Numbered from the whole stretch's first letter, positions 36,206 to 50,935 are shown. The stretch is DNA of 63,841 bases, filler included, from Octopus bimaculoides (GCF_001194135.2; 4 parts of 4 records of this genome joined end to end with filler, not necessarily neighbours in it); one strand, 5' to 3'. The notes: generated from the letters alone by a model not told the origin. Program-made: numbers and translations.

Positions 36206-36999
36206 TGCACACACACACTGCGCACACATGTGTATGTGTGTGTGTGTCTGTGTGTGTGTGTCTGTGTCTGTGTGTTTATGAAAAATTATAGATTAAAAAA
36301 ACATTAACAGAAAAATTACTCAATACATTCTTGTATTTCATTTTAACAAAGAAAAGGTTGACAGTAACTTTGAAGGTTCCACTCGGTCACCTTCATGAGA
36401 AATATATGTAATGCACACACACATATATAGATATATCTATGGTGTGTGTTTATAAACTTTGCTTTACAGTTATGTGATTCCAGCTCTTTGATCACACTGC
36501 TGTACCCTTGGCAAGTGTCTGGTAACTTCGCTTTAAGACTATTAAAAATGTGAAAATGGAATTTAGTAAACAGAAAATGCAGAACACTGTCAGATGTATG
36601 CATGTTTATGTGTGAGTATGCCACTACATCAAACAAAAACAGTTTGCAATATTAACCTCCAGCAAGGCAGTGAGTCAGCAGAATTGTTAACATGCTGGGT
36701 AAAATGCTTAGTGGCATTTTACCTGCTTTTATGTTCTGAGGTCGACTTTGCCTTTCATTTGTTTGAGATTGATAAAATAGGTACAATTTGAACACTGGCG
36801 TCAATGTTGACCTAGATTTTGTGGCTCAATGCTTTTCATTCAGAAATAATTCTTGTATTAGATATACAGTAGCCTTGTTGTATTGATTAGATTATTAGAT
36901 ATACAGTAGCCTTGTTGTATCGATTTAATTCTCCCCTAAAATTGTTGGCCCTGTGCCAAAATTTGAAGCTTATATTAAGTTCCAGCAAAGATCCTTTAT

Positions 37000-37615
37000 G
37001 ATAACCATAAGCGATCAAGTCAATGGCTTGATCGTGATGAGTACCCCAAACATTTCGCAAAGCCAGGGTTGCATCAGTAAATGATTATGGTGACTGTCTG
37101 GTGATATGCAATTGGTGTTGTCCATTATAGCTTTCTGGAAGCCAATCAGAGCATTACAGCAGATGTTTACTGCAATCAACTCGTTGAAATGCTTGCTTAC
37201 TTACAAAAAATGAGACCTGCATTGATGAATCGGTGTGGCTCAATTCTGCTCCATGATAACGCAAGAATGTAAGAATGACACTGCAGAAACTCACAGACTT
37301 GGGATATGAGGCTTTACCACATCCTCCATATTCCTCTGATCTTTCACCTTCTGACCACCATTTTTTTAAAGTATTTAAACACGTTTTTAAGTGATAAAAC
37401 TTTCAGGTCCAAACCAGAGGTGGAATCGGCTTTCAAAGATTTCTTAGTATCAAAGCCAATAAGTTTTTATCAACGAGGCATAAATAGTCTCGTTGATCGA
37501 TGGCAGAGATGCATAGATGTTCACGGCTTATACTAATCAAAACATTTCTATTGTTAATTTTTCCAGAATAAAATTATGTTTCTGAAATCAGCTATTATTT
37601 TCGGAACAACCTAAT
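37000..37615 (+). mobile_element. 3' half of a mariner (DD34D) transposon, pseudogenised
   Basis: PKHFAKPGLHQ*MIMVTVW...ILLHDNA...LPHPPYSSDLSPSDHHFF...FYQRGINSLVDRWQRCIDVHGLY*; mariner-type TIR ending CAACCTAAT. Confidence 0.85.
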
Positions 37616-37712
37616 GGTTTATTCGGAAACATATCATATTGAGTTCTAACAAAGGACAACAGGCTATTGGTAATCACTATGCCTAAATAAAACCCTTTAT
37701 AACTATATGTGT

Positions 37713-37752
<40 letters not shown>

Positions 37753-37756
37753 ACAT

Positions 37757-37787
<31 letters not shown>

Positions 37788-38070
37788 NNNNNNNNNNNNN
37801 NNNNNNNNNNNNNNNNNNNNNNNNNNNNNNNNNNNNNNNNNNNNNNNNNNNNNNNNNNNNNNNNNNNNNNNNNNNNNNNNNNNNNNNNNNNNNNNNNNNN
37901 NNNNNNNNNNNCAATTCTTAACTTTCTTTCATCAGTCAAGTCCCAGAAGTCATGACCATTTCGGGCAGTTACACTTAAGATGGTTTGATCTGGTTACCCC
38001 CACAAAAAGTATAAGCTAAGAGCATTAGACCCCGGTGATGTAAACAGGAGAAATAGAACTCATAATATGA

Positions 38071-38104
<34 letters not shown>

Positions 38105-38519
38105 TTTTATTAATAGTTAGCAGAAGCAACAGAGTGACTTACCAATGCATGAAACTCTTGGCCCTCGAATCACTCTGTTGCTTCTAGGGGTATGGTCTGG
38201 CACTTGCCACCATCTCTATCCTGCTGTCGCCCATTCTCTCTCTCTCTTTCTCCAGCACTTCCCTCAGGTTGGGTGACCTTGTATCTCCTTTGTGGCAGCA
38301 CACCTGTCTCTGTCTTCATTCTTGATCTCCCTCTCTCTCTTTCTCTCTGGCCGGGTAACATCTGTTTCTGTCTCTTCATCTCACTATCACCTTTCATCAT
38401 CTGTTACAAGATCACCTCCTCCAATGCCTCCTCCCTCTCAAAAGATTTTTTCTTTTTCTGTTTTGCAAGGTACTTAGTGACCCTGCCTATGTAGGTGCCA
38501 CTTAAAAAGCATCCAGCCC

Positions 38520-38775
38520 ACACTGTAAAGTGGTTGGCATTTGGAAGGGCATTCAACCATAAAAACCTTACCAAAATTGACCTTGCCTGTGCTTGTGTCA
38601 CATAAAAAGCACTAAATCCACTCTGCTGAGTGGTTGGTGTTAGGAAGAACATCCAGCTGTAAAAATCCTGCCAAAACAGGCATAGATGTCTGGTGCAGGC
38701 TTCTGTCTGGCTGGCTCTTGTCAAACTATCCCACCCATGCCAGCATGGAAGGTGGTCATTAAACAATGATGATGA
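38520..38775 (+). mobile_element. RTE-type 3' end
   Basis: GGTTGGTGTTAGGAAGAACATCCAGCTGTAAAAA...CCCATGCCAGCATGGAAGG...ATGATGATGAT. Confidence 0.65.
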
Positions 38776-40006
38776 TATTATATGTTGAGAGCATAGGACT
38801 GGTTTCCTGATTTCTCTAGCACATATATTCCTCCTTGGACAGGATGCCAGTCCATTGCAGAATTACTCATTTTTACCAGCTGAGTGGAATGGAGCAATTT
38901 GAAATGAAGTGTCTTGCTCAAGGACACAACAATGCATTACCTGGTCCAGGAATCAAAACCATAATCTTATAATCATGAGTCCAGGACCCTAACCTCTAAA
39001 CCATCTACCTCCACATATACATATCTATCTATCTATCTATCTATCTACACACGCACACACATACACTCACAGAAAGACATACATACACACACAAATACAT
39101 ACAAAACAAAAGCAATAATTTCCTTCCTGGCATCAGTCACTCATCTGCTCCCAAATTCTCTTTCGGATTTTCCTTATCTCTTAAAACCTGGTCATAGAAA
39201 TGTATCTAATGACATTGAAAAAAAAAAAAAAAAAGAAAATCTCTCATTTATTCATGACAATGATAAAGATTGAATTTATATTCATCATTTTATGGTGCTT
39301 ATTTTTAAGAAAAAAAAATCAATACAACAAGGCTACTGTATATCTAATACAAGTATTATTTCTGAATGAAAAGCACTGAGCCATAAAATCTAGGTCAACA
39401 GTTGAAAATAAATAATCTTGACATTTGTTGATGGTCACTTTGAAATCTTGGTTCGAGTGAAACATTAGTGTGTGATGGAATTGTATGGATCTTAGTGGGT
39501 TGTGTGGTATAGGTGTATGCATGGCTGTGTGGTTAAAAAGCTGACTTTGCAATCACGTGGTTTTGGGTTCAAGCCTACAGCATGACATCTTGGGTAAGTG
39601 TCATCTACTAGAGCCTTAGGTCAATGAGTGCCTTGTGAGTGAATCTGATATACACAGAGACTGGGTGTAAGCACATTGCTGTGTGGTAAGAAGCTCTGCT
39701 TCCCAACCACATGGTTCTGGGTTCAGTCCCACAATGTGACATCTTAGACAACTGTCTTCTACTATAGCCTTGGAACAACTCAAGCTTTGTGAGTGGATTT
39801 GGAAGATGCAAACTGAAAGACGCCTGTTGTATGTATATGTGTGTATTTACACACACACAGACATGGCTGCAGAGACAAGAAGTATGTTTCACAACCACAA
39901 GGTTTTGGAATTGGTCCCACAGCAAAGAACCCTGGGTAAGTGTCTTTGACTATAGACCTGAAACTGATAAATACATTAAGTGAATTCGGTAAATGGTAAC
40001 CTCAGA

Positions 40007-40074
<68 letters not shown>

Positions 40075-40743
40075 GAATGTATGTGAATGTTGGTATTCTA
40101 CTCTTGTCAGAACTTATTGTTGATATTTTAACTGACTGCTTCACACTTTGGAATAAAAAAATTCTTCATTTGAAAAACAGGTAAGAATTAGCAACAAGAA
40201 GAGCATTTGACTGTAACATCCTGCTTCAAATAGTTCCACATCTAACCCTTGCTAACATGGAAAAAATATGAGCATTAAATGAAAGAATGATTATGTGTAT
40301 GGTGGTGATGGTGAGAGCATGCTCTTTTCTTTTGAATAAATGTACGTGTGAGTGGGTTAAAGTGTTGATCAGATTAACCTGAGGAGACCACTTCTGGAAT
40401 TAATTGCAGAGTAAGAGGACAAGGAAGACTGACAATTTGTTTGATGAAGAAGCAGATGTCTAGGCAAGTATAATATATCAATTTGAAAGACTGGTTGGAA
40501 TTTCAACCCAATAAATTAAGATAGAATGAAATAAGCTATTTATAACTCTTATCAAAAGTAGTTCCACCTTTTCATGAAGATGTTAGCATGACCATCATTG
40601 TGAATCAGGTCCTTGCTGATTTATCTCCCCTAAAATTACCCCACAACTCTAAAATCTTGCATAGCCAAAGGCTAACTTCAATATCAGGCTATGCAAAATT
40701 TGATAAAACCCAAGGATAGTCAGAAGTGAGATAATTTAAGAAA

Positions 40744-40927
40744 TACAAGGGGGTGCTGAAAAGGGGCCCAACCCTTTGAGTTCTTTTACAAGGCTTAGAA
40801 AAACTGAAGGACTGCTGTAATAAGTGTGTGGCTCTGAGAGGGGAATATGATGAATAAAATCATAATTAATTGATCTTCCTGTAATTTTTTTTACCCAAAG
40901 CCAGGAACTTTTCGGCACCCCCTTGTA
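40744..40927 (+). mobile_element. 184-bp mariner-derived MITE
   Basis: TA-bounded TIRs TACAAGGGGGTGCTGAAAAG / CTTTTCGGCACCCCCTTGTA. The interior retains the transposase C-terminus CCNKCVALRGEYDE*. Confidence 0.75.
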
Positions 40928-41507
40928 ACACACAGACAAAATAATTAGTGAAAAGCGGAAGAAAAAAAATACATGTGAATGTTGGTGTGTCTTCCTATTT
41001 TTATTGATATGGTACATTCAGTCAGATTATCAACTACTTGTAGCAGAAACCAAAGATAAACTCTCTTCATAAACTACTAGAAACAAATCTCCTTCCAACC
41101 ACATGCTACTCTGAATAATATAATCTCTGATACACTAGATTTAAAAAATAAACAAAATGGATGGTAACAGCTGGTCTTGCACTAAACAACGACATAAATT
41201 ATTTGTAATTAGTCAAAAAAGTACAGCAAACCTGACAAACTTTATATAATCCTATTAGGTTAACTGGTTGAAGCACTCGATAGCTCTCACATGCAGTGTT
41301 TTACATTAGGTATAAGACAAATGCATGTTTTTCTTTTTTCTTTTCTTTTTTTAAATCCTATTTATTATTGAGGCTTAACTTTCCTCTGGAAAGTGGTAAA
41401 AAGAAATAGCCAAGGAAAAGAACTGCAGAAATCAAGAACATATTTTGTAAGTTTCTGTGACACAAATGACTCTAAAATCCAAATTGTTGCTGATTTCACA
41501 GTTTAAC

Positions 41508-41662
41508 AGGCATGGCTGTGTGGTAAGAAATTTGCTTCTCACTACATGTTTCCAAGTTCAGTCCAACTGCATGGCACCTTAGGAAAGTGTCTCCTAGTAC
41601 AGCTTCGAGCTGATCAAAGTTTTGTGAGTGGATTTTGTAGACGGAAACTGAAAGAAGCCTGT

Positions 41663-41721
<59 letters not shown>

Positions 41722-41915
41722 GTTTGTATTTGTCTCACACCACCACTTGACAACTGGTGTTGGTTTGTTTATGTCCTTGTAATTTAGTGGTCTGACAGAA
41801 GAAGCTGAATAAGTATCAGGCTTAAAGAAAAAGTACTGAGGTTGATTTATTCAACTAAACCCTTCAAGGTGGTGCCTGAGCATCACTGCAGTCTTATGAC
41901 CAAAACAAGTAAAGC
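41508..41915 (+). mobile_element. SINE family A copy
   Basis: Head, CORE-like segment, (TA)n hinge and 3' half. Confidence 0.75.
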
Positions 41916-42374
41916 ATAAAAAATAACAGACCTAAAAGTAGTAATTTTCTACAGAGACATAATGTTACTTATCTGTAGAGATGTGCCATGTCACCCCATG
42001 GATCCTTATCAGAACAGATGGCATTTCTTGGGCATTTTAAACCTGGTGGAACCCAGTCTTTCCCAGGTCTAACTACAGTCAATTTCTTTCAGAAGGAGAG
42101 AAAGAGTCAGCCAGAAAGAAAGAGAAGAATCAGCTCCAGATAAGGAATGGTACTTTATTGGCTCCAAAAAAATGAAAGGCAGATATGACCTTGGCAAGAT
42201 TTGAATTCTGAATGCAGAGAGCAGAACAATTATTGTAAAGCAATCTATCTGACACTCAAAAGACTCATCCACTTGACCACCTAACAGAGGGATATGATGA
42301 ACTGAATCAAGGCCAGTTTGTCCCTAGCATATATTTTATGTACTTTGGAGAGAAAAAAGTGAAAATTAACCCTA

Positions 42375-43286
42375 AAAGTCAGGCGGACCTAGCATTGATC
42401 ACGTTCGGATAGAGTTTTTATACATGCCACTGGCACGGGAGCCAGTCAGGGGACACGGGCATCGACCACATTCAGATAATGCATTTTACGTGCCACCAGA
42501 ACAGGTGCCAGTCTGAGGGCACTGGCCACAGCTACAGTTTTGGTTTTACTTGACTCAACAGGTCTTCTCAAGCATATCATATTGCCTGATGCATCAAGTG
42601 TACTCTTAAATGGGCCAGACATGCAACACTGGCATCAGTCATGGCTGTGATCTCACTTTAGTTGCCAGGTCTTCTCAATCACAGCATATCTCCAAAGATC
42701 TCAGTCTCCTGTCATTGCCTCTGTGAGGTCCAATGTTTGAAGGTCATGCTTCACCACCTCATCCTGTGTCTTCCTGGGTCTACCTCCTCCACAGGTTCTT
42801 TCCACAGTTAGGGTGTGGCACTTCCTCACACAGCTGTCCTTATCTATACGTAACACAAGACCATACCAGTGCAGTTGTCTCTCTTGCACACCACATTTGA
42901 TGCTTCTTATGTCCAACTTTTCTCTCTGTTGTGTATGCACACTGACATTACACACCCTGCGGATCATACTAGCTTCATTTCTTTCAAGCCTACACATGTC
43001 CTCAGCAGTCATGGCCTATGTTTCACTGCTATGTAGAATAGGAGTTCACACACATGCATCATACAGTCTACCTTTCATCCTGAAGAGAGGCTCTTAGTTG
43101 CCAGCAGAGGTAGGAGTTCCCTGAACTTTACCCAGGCTATTCTTATTGTAGCTGCTATACTCTCAGAGCAACTACCCCCACTACAGATTTGGTCGCCTAG
43201 GTAGTGAAAGCTATCAACTACTTCTAGTTTTTCTCCCTGGCATGTGATGGAATCTTTTTTCTGTACATCTTCAGTGTTTATTGCCC
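42375..43286 (-). mobile_element. RTE-clade LINE fragment: RT C-terminus, ORF2 end and 3' UTR
   Basis: EKLEVVDSFHYLGDQICSGGSCSESIAATIRIAWVKFRELLPLL and RLERNEASMIRRVC...QLHWYGLVLR...GRPRKTQDEVVKHDL, followed by a UTR with GCCAGT-N8-ACTGGC units. Confidence 0.85.
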
Positions 43287-43927
43287 CTGATGATGATGAT
43301 GATGATGATATATACAGATGTAATGACAAAGATTTTCATCATTATCATCACACCGGCACACAAAGTAGAGATTATTAGAGATGACAGATAATACCTAGGT
43401 AGGTAGATAAACAGACAGTTGAGTTTAAACAGAGACAATTAGACGGATATATAGACAGAATTTAGATAAACGATACAACAGAAGGACAAGCATCTAATCA
43501 GATGTACTGATACACAGAGGAAAGTAAATTTATACATAAATACATATATAATTACATTATGAACACTTCAACTAATCCACTTTTCAATATTTACTTTTAT
43601 GTAAACTAATCAATCTCTCAATACATATATCTGTCTATCTGTATGAGCTAAGCTATCTTCTTTTTTTATCATTTTTATTCATTTTGTGTGTGGTCAAGAG
43701 GCCTGTTTTGTAACCATGTGGTTTTTGGCTCTTGGGTAAATGTCTTTAGCTCCAGGCCAACCAATGTCTTGACAGTGAACTAGGTAGATGGAAACTGAGT
43801 GGAAGCCTACCATGTGTGTGTGTGTGTGGGGGGGGGTATTATATATAAATATATTATATGGCACAGGCGTGACTGTGTGGTAAGAAGTTTGCTTCCAAAC
43901 CACATGGTTCCAGGTTCTGTGTGTGTA

Positions 43928-43972
<45 letters not shown>

Positions 43973-45450
43973 GAGAGACTCAATCATACACATATTCAAC
44001 TTCAATGTCTTCCTTCCCCAGGAGAGCTGGAAATGAAAGTATCCTCAGCATTCACAGATTCAGCAAAGTTTTAGTTAATGCATACTCTAGTGGGGAGAAG
44101 GAAATGGAGACTTATAGTATTGATGGGCAACGACCTACTTCAGGCTATAGGCCAGGTCTGTGACTAGTGCAAGATGTCAGTGAGATGCAAGGTGATGTAA
44201 AGGTAGAATAGCAAAGTATATAGAGCCATAAAAACTAAGTGATAAATTTTTGAAAGACTGGAAGAGGATCACATTTAAAAAAAAAACAAAAAAAACTGAT
44301 GCTGTCCACTGTGCAATCTGTAAGGAGTGATTGAATATATGACTGGCACATTCCAGCCCTTCCCTGAGGAGGGTCCTACCTAAAAACAGGCCAAGATGAA
44401 ACAGTACCTTATGTACATTGTCCAGCTGCCTGATCAATGATGAAAACATATGCCTATAGTCCTATAGTGTATAAAACTATGGGTAGCAAATGTAATGAAT
44501 TCTACAATGGAAATACTAATGTACACGTTTTTAATATAATACATGTAAATTTATAATTTTATATCAAATTGTATCATATCGTATATATTTACCCATTATA
44601 TGTTAAATCATACTGTATATTTATATATCGTAATGTATTATCTTAAGTTGTTATATTTTTATACAACTTGGAAATTATGCATGTTTATAAATATTTTAAA
44701 TAAATATTTTGAACATTCATGATATTTCTAAAGTTTATATCGTTGTATATGACTGTTTACTTTATTTTACCTTACTTTTTACACATTTTAGAAACTGAAA
44801 ACTATAAATTTATTTATTGATTCTTGAAGGAATTGAACACACATACACACACACATTAAATATTGCGTTAGATATACGGTATTGTTCCTGTGGTCTTCCA
44901 CCCTTATGCATCCATTCTTACTATAATGTACATACATACATATATATATATACATATATACGACGGGCTTCTTTCAGTTTCCGTCTACCAAATCCACTCA
45001 CAAGGCTTTGGTCGGTACAAGGCTATNNNNNNNNNNNNNNNNNNNNNNNNNNNNNNNNNNNNNNNNNNNNNNNNNNNNNNNNNNNNNNNNNNNNNNNNNN
45101 NNNNNNNNNNNNNNNNNNNNNNNNNNNNNNNNNNNNNNNNNNNNNNNNNNNNNNNNNNNNNNNNNNNNNNNNNNNNNNNNNNNNNNNNNNNNNNNNNNNN
45201 NNNNNNNNNNNNNNNNNNNNNNNNNNNNNNNNNNNNNNNNNNNNNNNNNNNNNNNNNNNNNNNNNNNNNNNNNNNNNNNNNNNNNNNNNNNNNNNNNNNN
45301 NNNNNNNNNNNNNNNNNNNNNNNNNNNNNNNNNNNNNNNNNNNNNNNNNNNNNNNNNNNNNNNNNNNNNNNNNNNNNNNNNNNNNNNNNNNNNNNNNNNN
45401 NNNNNNNNNNNNNNNNNNNNNNNNNNNNNNNNNNNNNNNNNNNNNNNNNT

Positions 45451-45612
45451 ATATATATATACATACATACATATATATACATACATACATACATATATAC
45501 ATACATACATATATATATACATACATACATATATACATACATACATATATATATACATACATATATATATACATACATATATATATACATACATATATAC
45601 ATACATACATAT

Positions 45613-45643
<31 letters not shown>

Positions 45644-45790
45644 CATACATACATATATACATACATATATACATATACATACATACATATACACACACAT
45701 ACATACATATACACACACATACATACATATACACACACACGCGCACACACATATATATATACACACATACATACTTACATAAATATATAA
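45451..45790. repeat. (ATAC)n/(AT)n microsatellite
   Basis: Read directly. Confidence 0.95.
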
Positions 45791-46796
45791 TGCATATAAT
45801 ATTTGTAAAGAAACCAGAAATACTTCAATTTAGAGAATGTATATTATTATGATACATTAATATACAGTTATATATATATATATATATATTTGTGTGTGTA
45901 TGTATATATACATATATATATCTATATATATATATATATATATACACATACACACACATATGTACATAGAATATATAGATACATATACTCTCTCTTTCTC
46001 TCTCTCTACACACACACATGCATGCACACAAACATACACCTGCTGGCATAGTCATACAGGATCTTTTTGTTTCAGTGTTTGCATTGCCATATATTTCCAT
46101 CTTTCTGGACGCTGCCTCTGTATCCATGATTTCATTAATTGAATACATGTGAAGTTATGTACCTAGCAACACATACATCTTCCGTTACTATTATCATATT
46201 TGTTTACTTTCGTTCGATGTCGTAATGTTTGCGATAGATTATGAATATTTTTGGTGCTCACTCAGGCTTCATCTCTCAGAAAGACTGGATCATGTGAACA
46301 ATTCTAAAGTTTCTTATGCATTTGAAGCCATAGTTTTTATTTTTGAGATCTTTTTAGAAAAAAGAATTACCAAAAATTAGAACCTGTGTGCATGTGTTAA
46401 AATTAGAATGTAAATATAAATGTGCATATGTGCATTAGAAAATAGACATAGAAACAGACAGATCTACAGACAAGTTGTCAGAGAGAAAGATGGAGAGAGA
46501 CAGAAAGACAGACAGGCTGATAGATAGATAGATAGATAGATAGACAGATAGATAGATAAACAGAGAGATAGATAGATACACTGTTATTTAGATAGCCAGA
46601 AAGATCATTAAACAAACCGTGGGAAACACAGAAAAATAGACAAAAAGGGCAAAGTAAATAGAGTGAGACACAGACAGACAGCCAGGGAGACTAATATACA
46701 GACAAATTGAGAGACCAATAAACTGGCAAATAAAAAGGTGGACAGATAGATGAATACTGAGAGGAACAGACAGCCAAATATATATATATATATATA

Positions 46797-47709
46797 TATT
46801 GGGTCATCCCATAAATAATGTGGTAATTTTATACTTTTTTTAGTTTTTAAAATTAAGATAAAGTTCTTTTTTAATCTAAAATATACTCTTCTTCATTTTG
46901 TTCCATCTTTCTGGTAAACTTGCAAGGTCCCTCTTCCAAAATTTACTTGTTTGTGATGAAAAATACTTCTCCAGTACTGTTCTGACCTCATATACAGAGT
47001 TCATGTTTTTTCCGTCCAAAAGATTTTGAAGACTGTGGTATAAATGATAATTAGGTGAGATGATGTCTAGTGAATATGATGGGTGGGGCATCGTTTCCCA
47101 TTCAAACTGCTCCAACCTTTGGAATGTCATCCTCGTTGTATGTGGCCAAGCTTTATCCTGATAAAAGAACACCTTTTGTCTTGAAACTAAAGATGGTTGT
47201 TCTTCTTCTAGCACTGATTTGAATGACTGGTTAAATGATCAAATCCAAGCTTCTTTGCTAGTTCCTCAACGGTTACGATGGGATTTTGTTCCACTAGGGT
47301 CTGCAGGACATCTTTGTCAAGCTTTACAGACTTCCAGGATGGGCTCATCTTCTAGGCTGTAGCTTCTGGCTCAGAATTTCTGGAACCACCAACAACACTG
47401 GTTTATGCTTATTGTCTGATCCCAATATACTGCATTAATATTCCTTGTACTTTCCATTGCGTTGTTGTCTTTATTGAACTCATAAAACAAAATATGCCAA
47501 ATATGCTCCTTTGTCACGTCCATTATAGCTTCAAAAAAATAACTGTTAAAATCGAACTGCACACTCTTCAAAACTTATACTAAGAATAAGTACAAGGTGA
47601 AATTACTACCTGCTTTTATAGCAAGTTGATGCAGGTAGTTTATCCTGTCCCTCTCTGACTTTTAGTTTATGCAATTGAAAAAACCGCATTATTTATGGGA
47701 TGACCCATA
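46797..47709 (-). mobile_element. Internally deleted mariner element with both TIRs
   Basis: TIRs TATTGGGTCATCCCATAAATAATGTGG / CCGCATTATTTATGGGATGACCCATA. N-terminus MDVTKEHIWHILFYEFNK...WFQKF joined to FFYQDKAWPH...HPSYSLDIISPNYHLY. Confidence 0.85.
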
Positions 47710-47919
47710 AATAATCTGAACAACCAAGAAACTGTCAATAGCCAGGACCAACCAGTTCAGTTAGCAAACTACTGCTGTTATCTGTAGTCATGGTCTGGGC
47801 AGATGAGACATTCAGTTATCAAAAGACCAACATGACTTATTGGTCCAGGCAAGTCACCCAAATGGATAATGATGAAATATCCTTCTTAAATTTATAACCT
47901 CTATTTGTTTGTTTTTTTA

Positions 47920-50380
47920 CAGATATACCAGAATTAACCCAATGTCAACTATTTCTCCGAGCTAACTCCCTTGTTACAATCCATTTTTGTTCATTAGAGA
48001 GTTCAAGGGCTCTGAAGAGTAGTTATTGCTTATCATCAAGTGATACAGCATACATGGCCTCTCACTGATCACTGGCAAAAACTTCTTTCTCTGACCTGGT
48101 ACCAAAGCCATATCAAGATTAAAAATTGCAAGATATTTGATCATAATTAAAACTTATCTCAGTCCTCAACTGCAGCTTTCCTCAGGTTGATCTCAATAGT
48201 TTGGATACCTAACACTATACTGCAATAGAATGCACCTTTCACTGTCTCTATACCTTTATCCCATGGGATCAAGATGCTGGAACCAAGGATGTTGCAGGAC
48301 TGATCAAGGCAATGGATCAACAGCAAAAATGTGGATGCTTTCCCTTTTTAAAAAACGATTTCATTGCTGAAAATCCTGGAGTTTTTCAATGTTTCTGAAT
48401 TTAATTTTGGTGTAACAAGGTACAAGCTTGAGGGATGTAAAGCTAATCTTTCTAGCTCTAAAATCTATTTATAATAATGTTGATCAGCACTACATGGGTT
48501 GCACTCCCTAATGTGTGTACTATTCTTGCCAAACACCTAATCCAAACTATGTACACTTGATATCATCATGGGAAATTATGCAAAATGTTCATGCATAGTC
48601 ACACTTACTTTTAAAAACTAAAAAAAAATAATAAATCTGCCTCACAAAGCACAGAAAAAGTACTTGTCATCAGCAGATTGTGATGAAATGAATAGAGTAA
48701 TGAGCAAACACAAAACAGAAGGTGTTGATGTTAGCATGAAACTGAAAGTTCTGGAAAATATTATTGAAACCTTATAGTTCACTACACAACAAAACTCAGC
48801 TGGGTCATGCATAGAACTGGAGTAATTTTGGTGAAATTTCCATTATTAATCTCCCTAGGTGAAAGAAAAACTGAAAAGTCAGTTAAATGCACACATACAG
48901 CAGACTTCGCTTATTAGCTGACTCTGCGTTAGCCATCATGACAAAAGATGTGCTGAAGTGTTTGGAATATTCCATTATTATTGATGAAACAGCAGTGATG
49001 AGCAAGTTGGAATATGCTGCAGAATTATTATTGAAGAGAAATCAAGGAGCTTTTCAAATTTTATACAACTCTGTCTATTGAAGGAATTTTTTTGTATTGA
49101 GGAAGCTGGAGCTGAAATTTGACGAAATTGTTGAAAAATGTTTTGTTGTTGCAGCAAACAAGAACTGTATTTATAGCGATTTGGCAACAAAAATAAGAGA
49201 GTCCACTCTGCTTGCCATCTGTGTCTCTGGTATGGGCATCTTCTAAATCTTACTATCCAAGATACAACAGCAGATTCAGTAACTCTGCAGCTTTCTAGAA
49301 GCAAGTTCCAAAAGGAACCATGGTTGATAGAGCACAAGCCTCAGACACATATCTCTCATTATATAACAAGGTGGTCTTGTAGCCACAAAGAAGTAAGAGC
49401 CATGTTAGAGCAGTTATCTTATATCATATGGACATTTCTTGACCTGATAAATGATCAATATCCCAAAAATATATACTGGTAGTATTGCATTATTGAATGC
49501 CATGTGAGATTTTGACTTCTTAATTGGATTGGTTGTGCTGAAAATAATACAAACACAAACTGCTGCAGAAAATACCTCCAGGGACATCATATAGACACTA
49601 TAACAACTACAGCACTTGGAAATACACTAAAAAGTTGGGTGGAACTATCAAAGAAATCATTCAAGCCACATAATTTTAATTCAAGAAAGCATTAATTCCG
49701 CAAAGAAATATGTATTCTATTGATTAGAAGCTTGGTTGATGATTCAGTAACATCAATGCCATGAATTCAAACCGAATGAAAGGTTTCCATGATATATCCT
49801 CCTATAATTACAGTTTAATTTCAGTAAAAGTTAGTGTGGAAATGGAATCATGATTTCATGGTAATGACCAAAACACATGTGAATAATAGCTTTGTTATTT
49901 GCAATGTTGGAGTGTCAAAATACTCAAATGAGCACTATCAACTTGTTGCATTACATAATAATGTTGATTTGGATAGCCTAAAAGTAGAAAAGGTAACCTA
50001 TCCAAAGTTTTTCATAGATCATAGTCATTCACAAGATACGCAAGTACTTGCTTGGCTGAAAATGTTAACAGAAGCAATCTTTATAGGATACAACCAGTCT
50101 TCTATAAAACCACTGGTAACTTGGCATCCATAGCCATTTTATTATGTTGTGCTGAGCTTTTCTTCCACAGCAGCAGATGCATGAAGATATGTGAAAACAA
50201 ATACGAAGATTGCAATGGCTCAAACAGTAATATTGAACAAAAAAATGCTAACTTGCTTGTTGGCCAAATATGATGAACATATAATTGACATTTTTGTTGT
50301 GAAAAAAAAAACACAAGAAGCAATATTTCTTTTAGGATATATATTGTGTGATTTGAACTATCTGTGTATCGATGGCTGAT
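47920..50380 (+). mobile_element. Heavily decayed hAT transposase fossil (ZMYM1-like group)
   Basis: Collinear motifs across frameshifts: YSIIIDET (48968), YGHLLNLTIQDT (49231; CxxH region), TRW (49366), FDFLIGLVVLKII (49511), KYLQGHHID (49570), and dimerisation-like KTNTKIAMAQ...HIIDIFV (about 50190-50300). The 5' boundary is uncertain. Confidence 0.7.
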
Positions 50381-50521
50381 AAGAAGTAATTTCAACAGGA
50401 ATTGGTATTCAGATTTTTATGTGTAAAATTCTGGGCAAACCAAACTACTTTGTCCGACTTAACCAAAGAGCTTCAGACACTCAAGTGTGTGTGTGCGTGT
50501 GTGCGTGCGTGTGTGTATGTG

Positions 50522-50935
50522 TATAGGTGCAGGCATGGCTGTGTGGTAAGAAGCTTGCTTTCCAACCACATAGTTCTGGTTCAGTCTCAGTGTGGCACCT
50601 TGGGCAAGTAGTGTCTTCTACTATAGCCTCAAGTCAACCAAAGATTTGTGAGTAGATTTGGAAGACAGAAACTGAAAAAAAGCTTGTCATGTTTAAAAAT
50701 ATGTGTTGGTGTGTGTGCACATCTTTATGCCAACATTTGTTCCACCATCACCAGTTGACAACTGGTGTTGGTGTGCTTATGTCTCTGTAACTTAGCAGTT
50801 CAGCAAAAGTGACTGATAGAATAAGTACCAGGTTTAAAAGTAAGTACTGGGGTCAATTCATTCAACTAAAATTCTTCAAGGTGGTGCCCCAGCATGGCCA
50901 CAGTCTAATGACTGAAACAAGTAAAAGACAAAAGA
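50522..50935 (+). mobile_element. SINE family A copy
   Basis: Head, core and tail motifs. Confidence 0.75.

Noticed and set aside
40170-40190. CAG|GTAAGA donor-like site
   Set aside because: It is part of a repeat family (GGTAAGGGTTGGCAACAGGAAG-like), with no open exon upstream.
44005-44075. Acceptor-like TCTTCCTTCCCCAG followed by a phase-1 frame
   Set aside because: In-frame TAG at about 44072 and no convincing donor.
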